The notes under the pieces are model-generated. The model saw nothing but the letters and a program-made list of their open reading frames with translations, searched no databases and was not told where the DNA came from. From assembly GCA_963665295.1 (NCBI GenBank), contig OY762209.1, positions 2,752,001-2,816,000 on the forward strand: 64,000 bases of DNA, read 5' to 3'. A program made the position numbers and the translations under genes. Below, one piece after another: positions 18,764 to 28,145 of the stretch; the stretch's first letter is position 1; each line of letters begins with the position of its first letter. This DNA is from Syntrophorhabdaceae bacterium. Its GTDB lineage: Bacteria; Desulfobacterota; Syntrophorhabdia; Syntrophorhabdales; Syntrophorhabdaceae.

Positions 18764-19972
18764 CTATATTGTCCCGGGGGTCCTTTCATCAAGGGTATTC
18801 ATCTTGATCCCCGCATCCACGCCGGGCAGGTTTACAACGGGGCTGGTAAGGAGGAATTTTCCCTCTGCCACCCAGCCTTTCAGTATGGTCGCAATCTCCA
18901 CCGCCTTCGGGTAGCTTGAAATAGGAAATGAAGGTATCTCTTTTCCGTTGAAGGTTATCCTGCCGGTCTTCAGTTCGGCGTAGCTCACTTCGCCCAGGCT
19001 GACGGGTTCCCTTTCAGGGTAATCGGATCCGTAGTCGACGACCTGTGCAAAGTAGTCCTCGTCACCCCTGGACGTGAGGTATGCCATCTCTTCATCGAGG
19101 ACAGGTATGGGGATGCCGATGCCCACGAACATGGTAGCCCCGTAGCCCATAAAGCTGGCGCCCCTGAGAAAATTGCTGTTCATCTGTTTCGCGTCGCCGA
19201 TGGTCGCGAGCGTTCCCGCTCCTGCCCTGGGAATACCGTCAGGGCTCCTTTTTACGTCGGGGTTATGCTGGGTTCCGTGCCACGCGACGTAACCGATGCC
19301 GCCCCCGAGGAATATCCTTGTTCCGATGCCTATAGTACGGTACAGGGGGTCGTTGAGGAGCGGGGAGAGTTGGCCGGCGCTCGAATAGTTAGCGCTTCCC
19401 ATGTTCGGCTTCAACACGCCCATGTAGGTATGGATAACCCTGCCCGACAGGTTGACGGCAACGTTGTAGTTCTGATAATCGTTTCGAGGGTTGTAGAGAT
19501 ATGCCTCGTTGACATTGTTCTTGTTTATGTAGGTATCGATCTTCTTCCGCGGGTAACAGTCGGTGCCGTATGCGGAGACGACGAGGTGTATGTCCTTGCC
19601 GTCGACGAATTCCTCTATTACGTGCCCGCCGCCGTACTTGAAAGCGCCGGGGTACACGGTATTTCGGGGATCGTCATCGGGTGTGGCGGTGGCCCCCATG
19701 TAGATGTCGACCGCGGCGAGGCCGCAATATGCGGGAACATCGTTCAGGTAGCATCTTCCTCCGCCGACCTTGATCCTCGGCTTGGAATGGCCCAGATTGA
19801 CGAACATCCCGCTCGAGCACATGGGGCCGAAGGTGCCCGTGGTTACCACATCCACCTCTTCCGAGGCCTTCTTCACGCCTTTTTCCCTGGCGATCCCGAT
19901 CATCTCCTCAGCGGTAACGACGACTACCTTGCCGGTTCTTATCTTTTCGTTTATTTCTTCAATAGTTTTCAA
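18764..19972 (-). CDS. Homocysteine biosynthesis protein (L-aspartate-semialdehyde sulfurtransferase, MA1821/DUF39 family)
   Basis: TTG 19972 after GAGGAGG gives MKTIEEINEKI; VVVTAEE, VDVVTTGTFGPMCSSG, YGGGHVIE, YGTDCYPR, NPRNDYQNY, SPLLNDP, GTQHNP. Confidence 0.88.
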   Translation of the reverse strand: MKTIEEINEKIRTGKVVVVTAEEMIGIAREKGVKKASEEVDVVTTGTFGPMCSSGMFVNLGHSKPRIKVGGGRCYLNDVPAYCGLAAVDIYMGATATPDDDPRNTVYPGAFKYGGGHVIEEFVDGKDIHLVVSAYGTDCYPRKKIDTYINKNNVNEAYLYNPRNDYQNYNVAVNLSGRVIHTYMGVLKPNMGSANYSSAGQLSPLLNDPLYRTIGIGTRIFLGGGIGYVAWHGTQHNPDVKRSPDGIPRAGAGTLATIGDAKQMNSNFLRGASFMGYGATMFVGIGIPIPVLDEEMAYLTSRGDEDYFAQVVDYGSDYPEREPVSLGEVSYAELKTGRITFNGKEIPSFPISSYPKAVEIATILKGWVAEGKFLLTSPVVNLPGVDAGIKMNTLDERTPGTI

Positions 19973-20190
19973 TCTTTCCTCCTCGCCGCCGATGATACGC
20001 TGTAATGGGCGATGTATCGATTTTTGTCCGTTCGGTAAAGGTGCGTCCTCCCCGGTTTCCGGCTTCACGCGCAAGGGAAGCCGCGCGCCGTCATTCCGAC
20101 GCCCATAGTCCGGGCGGAAACGGGTTCTTGAGACCGCTTCGATATTATACACCAATTCGGGTGTAATTTCGAAAGTTTCTACCGTCATAT

Positions 20191-21572
20191 TCATGAGAAA
20201 TCGGACCCTGCACGCGACCGGGGGAAAGCGAGGGACTTGCTTACGGCCTCGAGGGTTTGGTTTTTCACGTTAACCGGGTAAAAGGCGACCAGGAAGACGC
20301 AGAGGAAACAGGGTATGGAAAAAAAAGGAAGAACTGCTGAAAACTGAGCCCGAGGGTCTGAAAGAGTCCTCCCAAGGCGGGTCCCAACATGGAGCCTATC
20401 CGTCCCGCGGCCTGGGTCGATGCGATCCCGGTGGCCCGCATGCCGGTGGGGTATATTTCGCTGCATACTACGTTCAGGGCTGTGGGGGTCCCCACTACAA
20501 GGACCCCGGTGGCGGCCCCCGCGACATAGAGACAGAGGTTCGAAGTAACGGAACCGAAGAAGATAAGGGAGAGTCCGCCAAGAAGATAGGCGAGTATAAG
20601 GCCGTGCTTTCGCCCGACGCGGTCCATCAGGCAGCCCAGGAGTACCCCGCCCATTGCCGACCCCCCGGCCTGAACCATGGCAAAGGAGTAGCTCTTCGCC
20701 AGCGAGAAGCCCCTTTCCACCAGCAGGGACGGGAGCCAGGAGGAAAGGCCGTAGAGGGCCATGGTGTTAAGGAGGTAGGTGGCGCAGACGAGAATTGCCA
20801 TGACCACCGGGCCTCCCCGGAACAGCGGTACCGGGCCTCCCTGTGGCTCCTCCGGAAGGACGAGGTTGTCCTGCGACCACGGGAGAGCCGGGAGGTTCGC
20901 GAACTTCTCGATCTTTCCCGCTTGTTCGAGGGCTTCCCCGCTGAATCCTTTGCCCACGAGGAACCGGATCGATTCGGGAAGGTAGATGCGGAGCACGGGA
21001 ATCAGAAGGAGCGGAAGGAGGCCGAACTGGAAGACCGGGCGCCAGCCGTACTTCGGGATGAGGATCATGGAAAGGGAGGCGGCCACCACCCACCCGAAGG
21101 TAAACCCGCTGACTGCAGCGGTTACGAGACGTGCGCGGACAGACGAGGGAGAAAATTCCGAGAGGAGGGCCACGGTAAGAGGAAAGGCGCCGCCTATGCC
21201 GAGACCGGTAAGGAACCGGAGAACAGCAAGGAACCGGTAATCCGGCGCAAGGGACGCACATCCGCTGAGAAGGGAAAAGAGCGCGATGGCCGCCATGAGG
21301 GCCTTTCTTCTCCCTATGCGGTCCCCGAGAACGCCGAACCCGAGGGCCCCCATCATGAGGCCCAGGAATCCGCAGGACATCAGCGTTCCGCACTGGAGCG
21401 GTGTGAGCGCCCATTCTTTCAGAATAACCGGAACGGCATAGGCGAGGATCTGGAGGTTGTAACCGGCGGCAGCGAGGACGAGGCAACTCGTAACCAGCAT
21501 AAAGGCGTGAAATCTGTTGAAGGGAAGCCCGTCCAGCCACGGGAAGATCATTGTTTTTCTGTCGTTCTTCAT
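20191..21572 (-). CDS. MFS transporter (aromatic acid:H+ symporter-like) with an apparent frameshift near the 3' end
   Basis: GDRIGRRK, RFLTGLGIGG, SEFSP, PESIRFL, MDRVGRK, SEIYPTGMRA. The called frame ends at 20265; the expected last helix and tail lie in the frame ending at 20191. Confidence 0.85.
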
Positions 21573-21662
21573 AGTATACCCCCTTTTTGGGCGACAATGG
21601 CTGCGTACCAATGCGTGGAGCGCCATTGAGCCGTTACAGACCGGTGACCGGGGAGTACCTGT

Positions 21663-21699
21663 AAAAAAAGCCATCCTCGGGAAGGTCGGGATGGCTTTT
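21663..21699 (-). terminator. Intrinsic terminator ending the rpsB...YiiX-like run
   Basis: AAAAGCCATCC...GGATGGCTTTT inverted repeat with T7 on the minus strand. Confidence 0.8.
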
Positions 21700-21734
21700 G
21701 CCTTGCATAACCTTTGTGTGTCTGCTGTTGAGGC

Positions 21735-22343
21735 TTAAGTTACCTCTTTTTGCCCGCCCGAGTCAAGATGTACGGCACGACTGTGAACCGAGCCGTCCCA
21801 TATCTCCTGGGGGAGTATGACGCTTTTCGTGCCGGGTATGCGGCCTACGCCGACGCCGGTATTGAGATCGATCCCCTGCCTGAAATAGGCCTTGTAGGCC
21901 AGTTGACTGCAATAGAAGGCTCTTTCCGTGGACGAATTGAGGAAGTTGATATTATATGGTTTTTCAAGCACCGCCTGTTCGAGGCAGTACCGGGCCACCT
22001 CTTCCCGTATGAGGTCCTGGCTGCTCCGGCTCAGACCCTTCCCTTCCAGGGGATAGGCGACGCCGTGCAGGGTATCGACGAACATCCCCCTCTGGTCCAT
22101 CATACTCCGCGCATCCCATGTGTCGCCGGTTATGTCAAAGGTGATCACCTTGCCTTTGGCGCCGGCCTCCACTGAGCGGCCTCCCGGACCCACATAGATG
22201 GCGATATGGTCTACATCGCCCGGTATGAACTTGCCTATGAGCCTCCAGAAGAGCCCCACAATATCACCGCCTTCTCCGTCGGTGGTACAGATGAGATCAC
22301 CGGTTTGCAGCGTCAGGCCGGATATGTGGTGCTCGTACACCAT
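21735..22343 (-). CDS. Permuted papain-like amidase (YiiX/YebB-type NlpC/P60)
   Basis: LQTGDLI, DHIAIYVG, VEA, KPYN, FYCSQL; His precedes Cys, the permuted order. Confidence 0.82.
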   Translation of the reverse strand: MVYEHHISGLTLQTGDLICTTDGEGGDIVGLFWRLIGKFIPGDVDHIAIYVGPGGRSVEAGAKGKVITFDITGDTWDARSMMDQRGMFVDTLHGVAYPLEGKGLSRSSQDLIREEVARYCLEQAVLEKPYNINFLNSSTERAFYCSQLAYKAYFRQGIDLNTGVGVGRIPGTKSVILPQEIWDGSVHSRAVHLDSGGQKEVT

Positions 22344-22350
22344 GGGCTAG

Positions 22351-23115
22351 TTACGCGATGAGCTTTACGATGTCCCTGTAGGAGACGACCACGGTGAGAA
22401 GGACGAAGAGGGCCAGACCGGCGATGGTAGCCGCCTGATATGTTTTCGGGCTGAAGGGTTTCCTTCTTATGGATTCCATGGCAAGCATGAGCAACTGGCC
22501 GCCGTCCAGGGCGGGAAAAGGGATGAGGTTCATGATGCCGAGGCTCAGGCTGAGGGCCGCGGTAAAATAGGAGAGGTTCACGAGGCCCTTGCTCGCCGCC
22601 TTCCCTGCCATGGCTGCGATGCCCACAGGTCCCGACAACCCTTCCATGACGCCGCTTCCGGAGAAGAGGTTCACGAGAAACATGACAGTCCCCGAGACCG
22701 CGGACCATGTGGTCTTTGCGCTCAGTGCCGCCGCGTCGAGAAAATGAAGGTGTTTGCCGATCATGAATACGGGTACGAATAGAAGGAGGGCAAAGAAGAT
22801 ATTGGCGAGAGAGCCTGCGGCCATGATGAGAGCCCTTCTCATACGGGGCGCCTCAAGCAGAGCCTTTGCCTCTTCAGTGGTCCCGTCTTTTGAAAAACTT
22901 ACAAATCCGCCGAGAGGAAGGAGCCTCAGGGTGAACTCCGTTTCCTTGTGATGAAAAAAGGTGAATATCTTCGGGCTGAAAGGAAAGCCTATGGAGAATT
23001 CATACACCTTGATCCCCGATTTTCTCGCGGCGAGAAAATGCCCGAATTCATGAACAAGGACTACGAGGGTAAATACGGCGATAAAGGAGACAAGTGAAAC
23101 CACCATCTGCATCAT
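22351..23115 (-). CDS. Second M50/site-2 intramembrane metalloprotease, lacking PDZ
   Basis: HEFGH, FSIGF, LPLGGFV, AGSLAN, SGPVGI, NLIPFPALDGG. Confidence 0.88.
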   Translation of the reverse strand: MMQMVVSLVSFIAVFTLVVLVHEFGHFLAARKSGIKVYEFSIGFPFSPKIFTFFHHKETEFTLRLLPLGGFVSFSKDGTTEEAKALLEAPRMRRALIMAAGSLANIFFALLLFVPVFMIGKHLHFLDAAALSAKTTWSAVSGTVMFLVNLFSGSGVMEGLSGPVGIAAMAGKAASKGLVNLSYFTAALSLSLGIMNLIPFPALDGGQLLMLAMESIRRKPFSPKTYQAATIAGLALFVLLTVVVSYRDIVKLIA

Positions 23116-23158
23116 ACATCGTCCTCCGATAGGTGAGACTTTTTGTTGCGGTCCCTCA

Positions 23159-23842
23159 TCAGGTGACCGTTACGTTGAACCTGATCTCCGCTTCCGAGAG
23201 GCGGCCGTAAATGGGTTGGGTGGCAGTGGCATCCCCTGTCCGCCTCAACGCCTCTTTTATGAGTTCTTCGCATGAAACCCTGAAGAACGCGTCTTTCACG
23301 ATGGTAATGCCGCCGACTCCTGAAAGGAACTCCTCGCAGAGGCGGGCGCCGGTGCCGAAGCAGAGGCAGGGAGTCAAGACTCCCTCTGCGATATCCTTAG
23401 GTTTTACCGCCCGGTAGTTCGTGAGCCGTTCCATGCTTCCCCCGGAAGCCCGGTAAAGAGCCGAAAATACCTCACCCTTCTTGGCATCGACAAGAGGAAA
23501 GATGAAGTGATCCTCCATGAACGAGAAGGGGGCTGCGAGCACGTCGAGGGTGGATATGCCGAGGAGAGGGATGTTGCGGCCCGCGCTCACGCCCTTCGCA
23601 AAGGCGAGGGCCACTCTCATGCCCGTAAAGGACCCGGGTCCCAGGGTGACGGCGACGAGGGAAAGGTCGTCCACCGTAAGTCCATGGCCCGCGAGCATCT
23701 GGTTGACGTGTCCCGGAAGGATCTGGGACGGGGGCAGCGTGTTCTTTATGCGCCGCTCTTCGATCAGCCTTTCTTCGAGGGAGAGGGCGATATTCAGGAA
23801 ATCTATTGAATTGTCGATTCCGAGGACGAGCCTACTTTCCAC
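23159..23842 (-). CDS. tsaB: tRNA threonylcarbamoyladenosine biosynthesis protein TsaB
   Basis: VLGIDNS, GPGSFTGMR, DAKKGEVF, PIYGR; GTG 23842 overlaps the rseP stop. Confidence 0.9.
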   Translation of the reverse strand: MESRLVLGIDNSIDFLNIALSLEERLIEERRIKNTLPPSQILPGHVNQMLAGHGLTVDDLSLVAVTLGPGSFTGMRVALAFAKGVSAGRNIPLLGISTLDVLAAPFSFMEDHFIFPLVDAKKGEVFSALYRASGGSMERLTNYRAVKPKDIAEGVLTPCLCFGTGARLCEEFLSGVGGITIVKDAFFRVSCEELIKEALRRTGDATATQPIYGRLSEAEIRFNVTVT

Positions 23843-24914
23843 CAAAGAACCTCGAAAAACTGAAAATCCTGTCAAGGTCGTTATAAAAGGCGAAGACCAT
23901 GATGAGAATGAGGATGGAAAGACCCACCTTCTGCGCTATGTCGATAACCTTGGTGGAGAGCTTCCTCCTGGTCACAAGCTCGATAAGGTGGATGAATATA
24001 TGTCCGCCGTCGAGGATAGGTATGGGCAGGAGGTTCACCACGCCCAGGTTTATACTTATTATCCCGATGAAATAGATGAGGTTGTTCGTCCCTTCTTTCG
24101 CCTGTTTTCCCGCTGCCTGCAAGATGAGTATGGGGCCCCCGATATTCTTGGGCGAAATGCTCCCCTGTACAAGCTTTACGATCCCGATGAGGGTGACCTT
24201 GGAGAGGTTGTAAGTCTGGTAAAACGCCTTGGACGCGGCCCCGGTGACGGTTTCCTTTTTCATCACGAGCTCGCTTGACGCGCCCACCCCGATGATCCTC
24301 CGTTTTATGGTTTCGCCGAAGATATTCTTGCTTTCCATTTCCTTGGGCTTGATCGTGACGTCGAAGAGCCGGCCATCCCTCTTGACACTGAACTTGAGGG
24401 GGCCTTCCCCGACGTTCGCCATGGCATCCATGAGGTCGCTGAATTCCTGGAGGGGTTTTCCTTCGACGGCCACGATGACGTCTCCCGGCTGGATGCCGGC
24501 CGCGTACGCGGGAAGCCCCTTTTCCACGGTTCCCACCTTGGTGGAAAGTACCGAATACCCGCTCATGAATACGAGGTAGAAGAGCAGGAAGGCAAAGATA
24601 ATATTGAAGAGAGGGCCCGTGAAGGCAATGAGTATCTTGACCCAGGGAGGCTTGTGGGCGTATGATCGCGGGATGTCCTCCTCCGCGATCTCATCTTCCG
24701 TGGACTCGCCGAGGAGCTTCACATATCCGCCGAGGGGCACGAGTGAAAGGGCGTATTCCGTCTCGCCCTTCTTGAAAGTGAAAAGTTTTTTTCCAAAGCC
24801 GAGGGAAAAGGCGAGGACCTTCACGTTCGCGAGGCGGGCCACGATAAAATGTCCCAGTTCGTGTACCAGTATGAGCAGACTTAAAGCTATGATGCCGTAA
24901 ATTACATTAACCAT
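23832..24914 (-). CDS. rseP: RIP metalloprotease RseP (one PDZ domain)
   Basis: HELGH, PLGGYV, PAYAAGIQPGD PDZ segment, NLLPIPILDGG; conserved position after dxr. Confidence 0.93.
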   Translation of the reverse strand: MVNVIYGIIALSLLILVHELGHFIVARLANVKVLAFSLGFGKKLFTFKKGETEYALSLVPLGGYVKLLGESTEDEIAEEDIPRSYAHKPPWVKILIAFTGPLFNIIFAFLLFYLVFMSGYSVLSTKVGTVEKGLPAYAAGIQPGDVIVAVEGKPLQEFSDLMDAMANVGEGPLKFSVKRDGRLFDVTIKPKEMESKNIFGETIKRRIIGVGASSELVMKKETVTGAASKAFYQTYNLSKVTLIGIVKLVQGSISPKNIGGPILILQAAGKQAKEGTNNLIYFIGIISINLGVVNLLPIPILDGGHIFIHLIELVTRRKLSTKVIDIAQKVGLSILILIMVFAFYNDLDRIFSFSRFFGGK

Positions 24915-26064
24915 AAAGCTCCCTTATTTTCCTTTCAGTGTAATCTTTTGCCCATTCGTGAATTTCCCATATTGTTTCAACCGTGTCAATAACGGGAACG
25001 ACGGGGTGGTGATTGAGGGCCTCTTCGATGACGACCGGAATGTCCGTGAAGTCTATCTTGCCGTCCATGAATGCCGACGCCGCAATTTCATTGGCGCTGT
25101 TTATCGCGATGAGGGCACTGTCGCCCGATTCGAGGGCTTCGTAAGCAAGCCGCAATGAAGGGAACCGGTCAAGGTCCGGGGGATGGAAGGTAAGGCTGAA
25201 AGATTCCGCCAGGGTCATTTTGCCGAAGGGAAGGGGACACCTTTCCTCTTCGTTCAGGGCAAAAGAAATGGGTATTCTCATGTCGGGATAGGACATATAG
25301 GACATGAACCCGTTGTCTATGAATTCGACGATGCCGTGGATTATGCTCTCGGGATGGACAACGACGTTGATCCGGTCCCCGCCGATGTCGAAGAGCCACC
25401 GCGCTTCGATGACCTCGAGGCCCTTATTCATCAGGGTTGCCGAGTCCAGGGTGATCTTGTTTCCCATCTTCCACGTGGGATGGTTGAGCGCTTCCTCGGG
25501 TTTTACCTTCTTGAGCGCTTCCTTCCCGTGGCTTCGGAAAGGTCCGCCCGAAGCGGTAATGGTGAGGGCCTTCAGCTCTCTGGGAGGGACGGAACCGAGG
25601 AGCTGGTAGAGGGCGGAATGCTCACTGTCAACGGGGATAAGCTTTCCCGAACCTTCTTTGACGAGCCTTTGTACCAGGCGGCCCGCCATGACGAGACTCT
25701 CCTTGTTTGCGAGGGCAAGGACCTTGTCCTTTCTCAGGGCTTCCAGACTTGGTTCGAGCCCCACGCTTCCGGGCAGGGCATTCACCACGATGTCCGCGTC
25801 CATGCCGATCATTTCCTTTATGCCTTCCATACCGTACAGGACCTTCGCCGTGTCGAGACGATCCTGAAGGGCCTTTCCGGGGACGCCGTCATATATGGAA
25901 ACAAAGGAAGGTTTGAATTTTGCTATCTGTTTCTTCAGAAGTCCCAGGTTTTCCCGGCACGCGAGACCCAGGACCTCGAATTTGTCTTTCTGGTGTTCGA
26001 TCACATCCAGGGTTCCTTTGCCGATGGACCCCGTGGAGCCGAGTATAAGGACCTTTTTCTTCAT
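24907..26064 (-). CDS. dxr: 1-deoxy-D-xylulose-5-phosphate reductoisomerase
   Basis: LGSTGSIG, LANKESLV, PVDSEH, TASGGPF, HPTWKMG, DSATLMNKGLE. Confidence 0.97.
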   Translation of the reverse strand: MKKKVLILGSTGSIGKGTLDVIEHQKDKFEVLGLACRENLGLLKKQIAKFKPSFVSIYDGVPGKALQDRLDTAKVLYGMEGIKEMIGMDADIVVNALPGSVGLEPSLEALRKDKVLALANKESLVMAGRLVQRLVKEGSGKLIPVDSEHSALYQLLGSVPPRELKALTITASGGPFRSHGKEALKKVKPEEALNHPTWKMGNKITLDSATLMNKGLEVIEARWLFDIGGDRINVVVHPESIIHGIVEFIDNGFMSYMSYPDMRIPISFALNEEERCPLPFGKMTLAESFSLTFHPPDLDRFPSLRLAYEALESGDSALIAINSANEIAASAFMDGKIDFTDIPVVIEEALNHHPVVPVIDTVETIWEIHEWAKDYTERKIRELYG

Positions 26065-26858
26065 ACTTTCAGACCTGCAAGGTAGTGATAGAGCAACGGC
26101 GCGGTAAAGATGAAGCTGTCTATCCGATCCAGGATTCCGCCATGTCCCGGGATCAGGGAAGAAGAATCCTTCACGTTGCTTACCCGCTTCCAGATCGATT
26201 CGAAGATATCTCCCGCCTGACCGAGAAAACCCAGGGCCATTCCGAGGAGGACGGCCTCAAGGATGCCGAGTCCCAGGACGCTGCTGGATATGGCCATGAC
26301 TATCATGCTCCCCACCATGGCCCCTGCCAGTCCTTCATAGGTCTTCTTGGGGCTGATGAGGGGGACGAGTGGCCTTTTCCCGAAGTTCTTTCCAAAGATA
26401 TAGGCCCCTGTGTCGCTTGCCCATATAGTGAAGAGAAGAATTAAAGGAAAAGCATTGCCCAGACCCTTGAGGAAATAGAAGTAGAACAGGGGGAGCACCA
26501 CAAAGACCTCCGAGAGGAAGAGGGTGTTGATGCCGGTCATGATCTCGCCGTTGATCTTAGCTTTGGTGCCCTTGCCGCTCAAGGAGACGGCCAGGAGGTA
26601 GACGACGGGCGAAAAAAGAAGCCAGAGCACATAGGACTGGAGGGATTGCCGGTAGAGCGGAACGAGGCAGACGATTGCGAGGAGGGCAAGAAGGTATCCT
26701 TGCCTCGGCTCCGCCATCTTGACGAGCTCAAGGACCGCGAGTGCGGAAACGAGGGCGAGAAAGAGAAGGAACCATTCCCGGGGGAGGTAATAAAAGACAA
26801 TAACTATCGGGGGCGCGAGGCAGACGCCTGCCAGCACCCTTTTATGAATCTCTTTCAC
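26061..26858 (-). CDS. cdsA: Phosphatidate cytidylyltransferase
   Basis: SDTGAY, ISPKKTYEG, GDIFES..KR...KDS..IPGHGGILDRIDS. Confidence 0.95.
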   Translation of the reverse strand: MKEIHKRVLAGVCLAPPIVIVFYYLPREWFLLFLALVSALAVLELVKMAEPRQGYLLALLAIVCLVPLYRQSLQSYVLWLLFSPVVYLLAVSLSGKGTKAKINGEIMTGINTLFLSEVFVVLPLFYFYFLKGLGNAFPLILLFTIWASDTGAYIFGKNFGKRPLVPLISPKKTYEGLAGAMVGSMIVMAISSSVLGLGILEAVLLGMALGFLGQAGDIFESIWKRVSNVKDSSSLIPGHGGILDRIDSFIFTAPLLYHYLAGLKV

Positions 26859-27577
26859 TCAGTCCCCTTTACTCTCCCGAATCTCCTGTCCCGCTTTGTG
26901 AATTCCCGGAGGGCTTCAAAGTATTGTTCCCTTCTGAAATCGGGCCAGAATGTTTCGGTCACGTATATCTCGGTATAGGCCATCTGCCAGAGGAGAAAGT
27001 TGCTGAGCCGCATTTCCCCGCTTGTCCTGATAAGAAGATCGGGATCAGGCATGTCCCTGGTGTAGAGATATCTGTTGAACACCTTTTCGTTGATCCGCTT
27101 GATGCGCCCTGCGAGGACGTCTTCGACCACGGAGGAGACGGCGCTCAGGATCTCTTTTCTCCCGCTGTAACTCAATGCGATATTGAGAAGAAGGTCCTTG
27201 TTTTTCTCTGTAGCCTTCATTACTTCGGCCAGCTTTACCTGGAGTACCCGGGGAAAATCCTTGATCACTCCGAGTACGTTGAATTTGATGCCCTTTTCCA
27301 TCATAAGAGGCAGTTCTTTTTCCAGGTAAAAGCCGAGGAGCTGCATGAGAGTCCGCACCTCTTCCCGCGGTCTCGTCCAGTTTTCCTTGGAAAATGCGTA
27401 GAGCGTGAGGTAGGGAATATCCATGTCCCGTGTTGCGGTCACTATTTCCCGCACGGAATCGATGCCTACCGCATGGCCGTGTGCCCTCGGCAGGCCGCGC
27501 GACGTTGCCCATCTCCCGTTGCCGTCCATGATTATGGCTACATGGACCGGGAGGCTCTCCGCTCTTAGATTGTGCAT
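26855..27577 (-). CDS. uppS: Undecaprenyl diphosphate synthase
   Basis: HVAIIMDGNGRWA, YAFSKENW, DLLIRTSGEMRLSNFLLWQ. Confidence 0.97.
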   Translation of the reverse strand: MHNLRAESLPVHVAIIMDGNGRWATSRGLPRAHGHAVGIDSVREIVTATRDMDIPYLTLYAFSKENWTRPREEVRTLMQLLGFYLEKELPLMMEKGIKFNVLGVIKDFPRVLQVKLAEVMKATEKNKDLLLNIALSYSGRKEILSAVSSVVEDVLAGRIKRINEKVFNRYLYTRDMPDPDLLIRTSGEMRLSNFLLWQMAYTEIYVTETFWPDFRREQYFEALREFTKRDRRFGRVKGTE

Positions 27578-27585
27578 ATCCTGTG

Positions 27586-28143
27586 TCAGATCTCCAGGAT
27601 CTCTTTTTCTTTTTCGGAATATGCCTTCTCTGCCATTTCTATATATTTGTCGGTGAGTTTCTGGACATCTTCCTGGTCCTTATGGAGATCATCTTTGGAA
27701 ATGAGTTTGTCTTTTTCCTGTTTCTTCAGCTTCTCGTTGACCTCCCGCCTCACGTTCCTCATGGCCACCCTCGTGGCTTCGAGCATCTTGCTCCCGAGTT
27801 TCGTCACCTCTTTCCTTCGCTCTTCGGTGAGCTTGGGAAATGAGAGCCTGATGGTTTTGCCGTCGGACATGGGGGTTACGCCTATATCCGATTTCTGGAT
27901 GGCTTTCTCTATTTCACCTATGGCCGAACTGTCCCAGGGCTGTATGGTGATGGTCCTGCTGTCCAGAACGCCTATGGCCGCCACCTGGTTCAGGGGAGTG
28001 GGCTGATTGTAGTAGTTTACCTTGATGTCTTCGAGGAGGTTCACAGACGCGACCCCTGTTCTCAATTTAGACATGTCTTTCTGGAGCGTGGTGAGCGACT
28101 TCTTGAGCTTGTCTTCGAGCTCATCTATAGCTTCATTTTTCAT
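27586..28143 (-). CDS. frr: Ribosome recycling factor
   Basis: LRTG, YYNQPTPLNQVA, IQPWD, LTEERRKE, RNVRR. Confidence 0.97.
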   Translation of the reverse strand: MKNEAIDELEDKLKKSLTTLQKDMSKLRTGVASVNLLEDIKVNYYNQPTPLNQVAAIGVLDSRTITIQPWDSSAIGEIEKAIQKSDIGVTPMSDGKTIRLSFPKLTEERRKEVTKLGSKMLEATRVAMRNVRREVNEKLKKQEKDKLISKDDLHKDQEDVQKLTDKYIEMAEKAYSEKEKEILEI

Positions 28144-28145
28144 AT

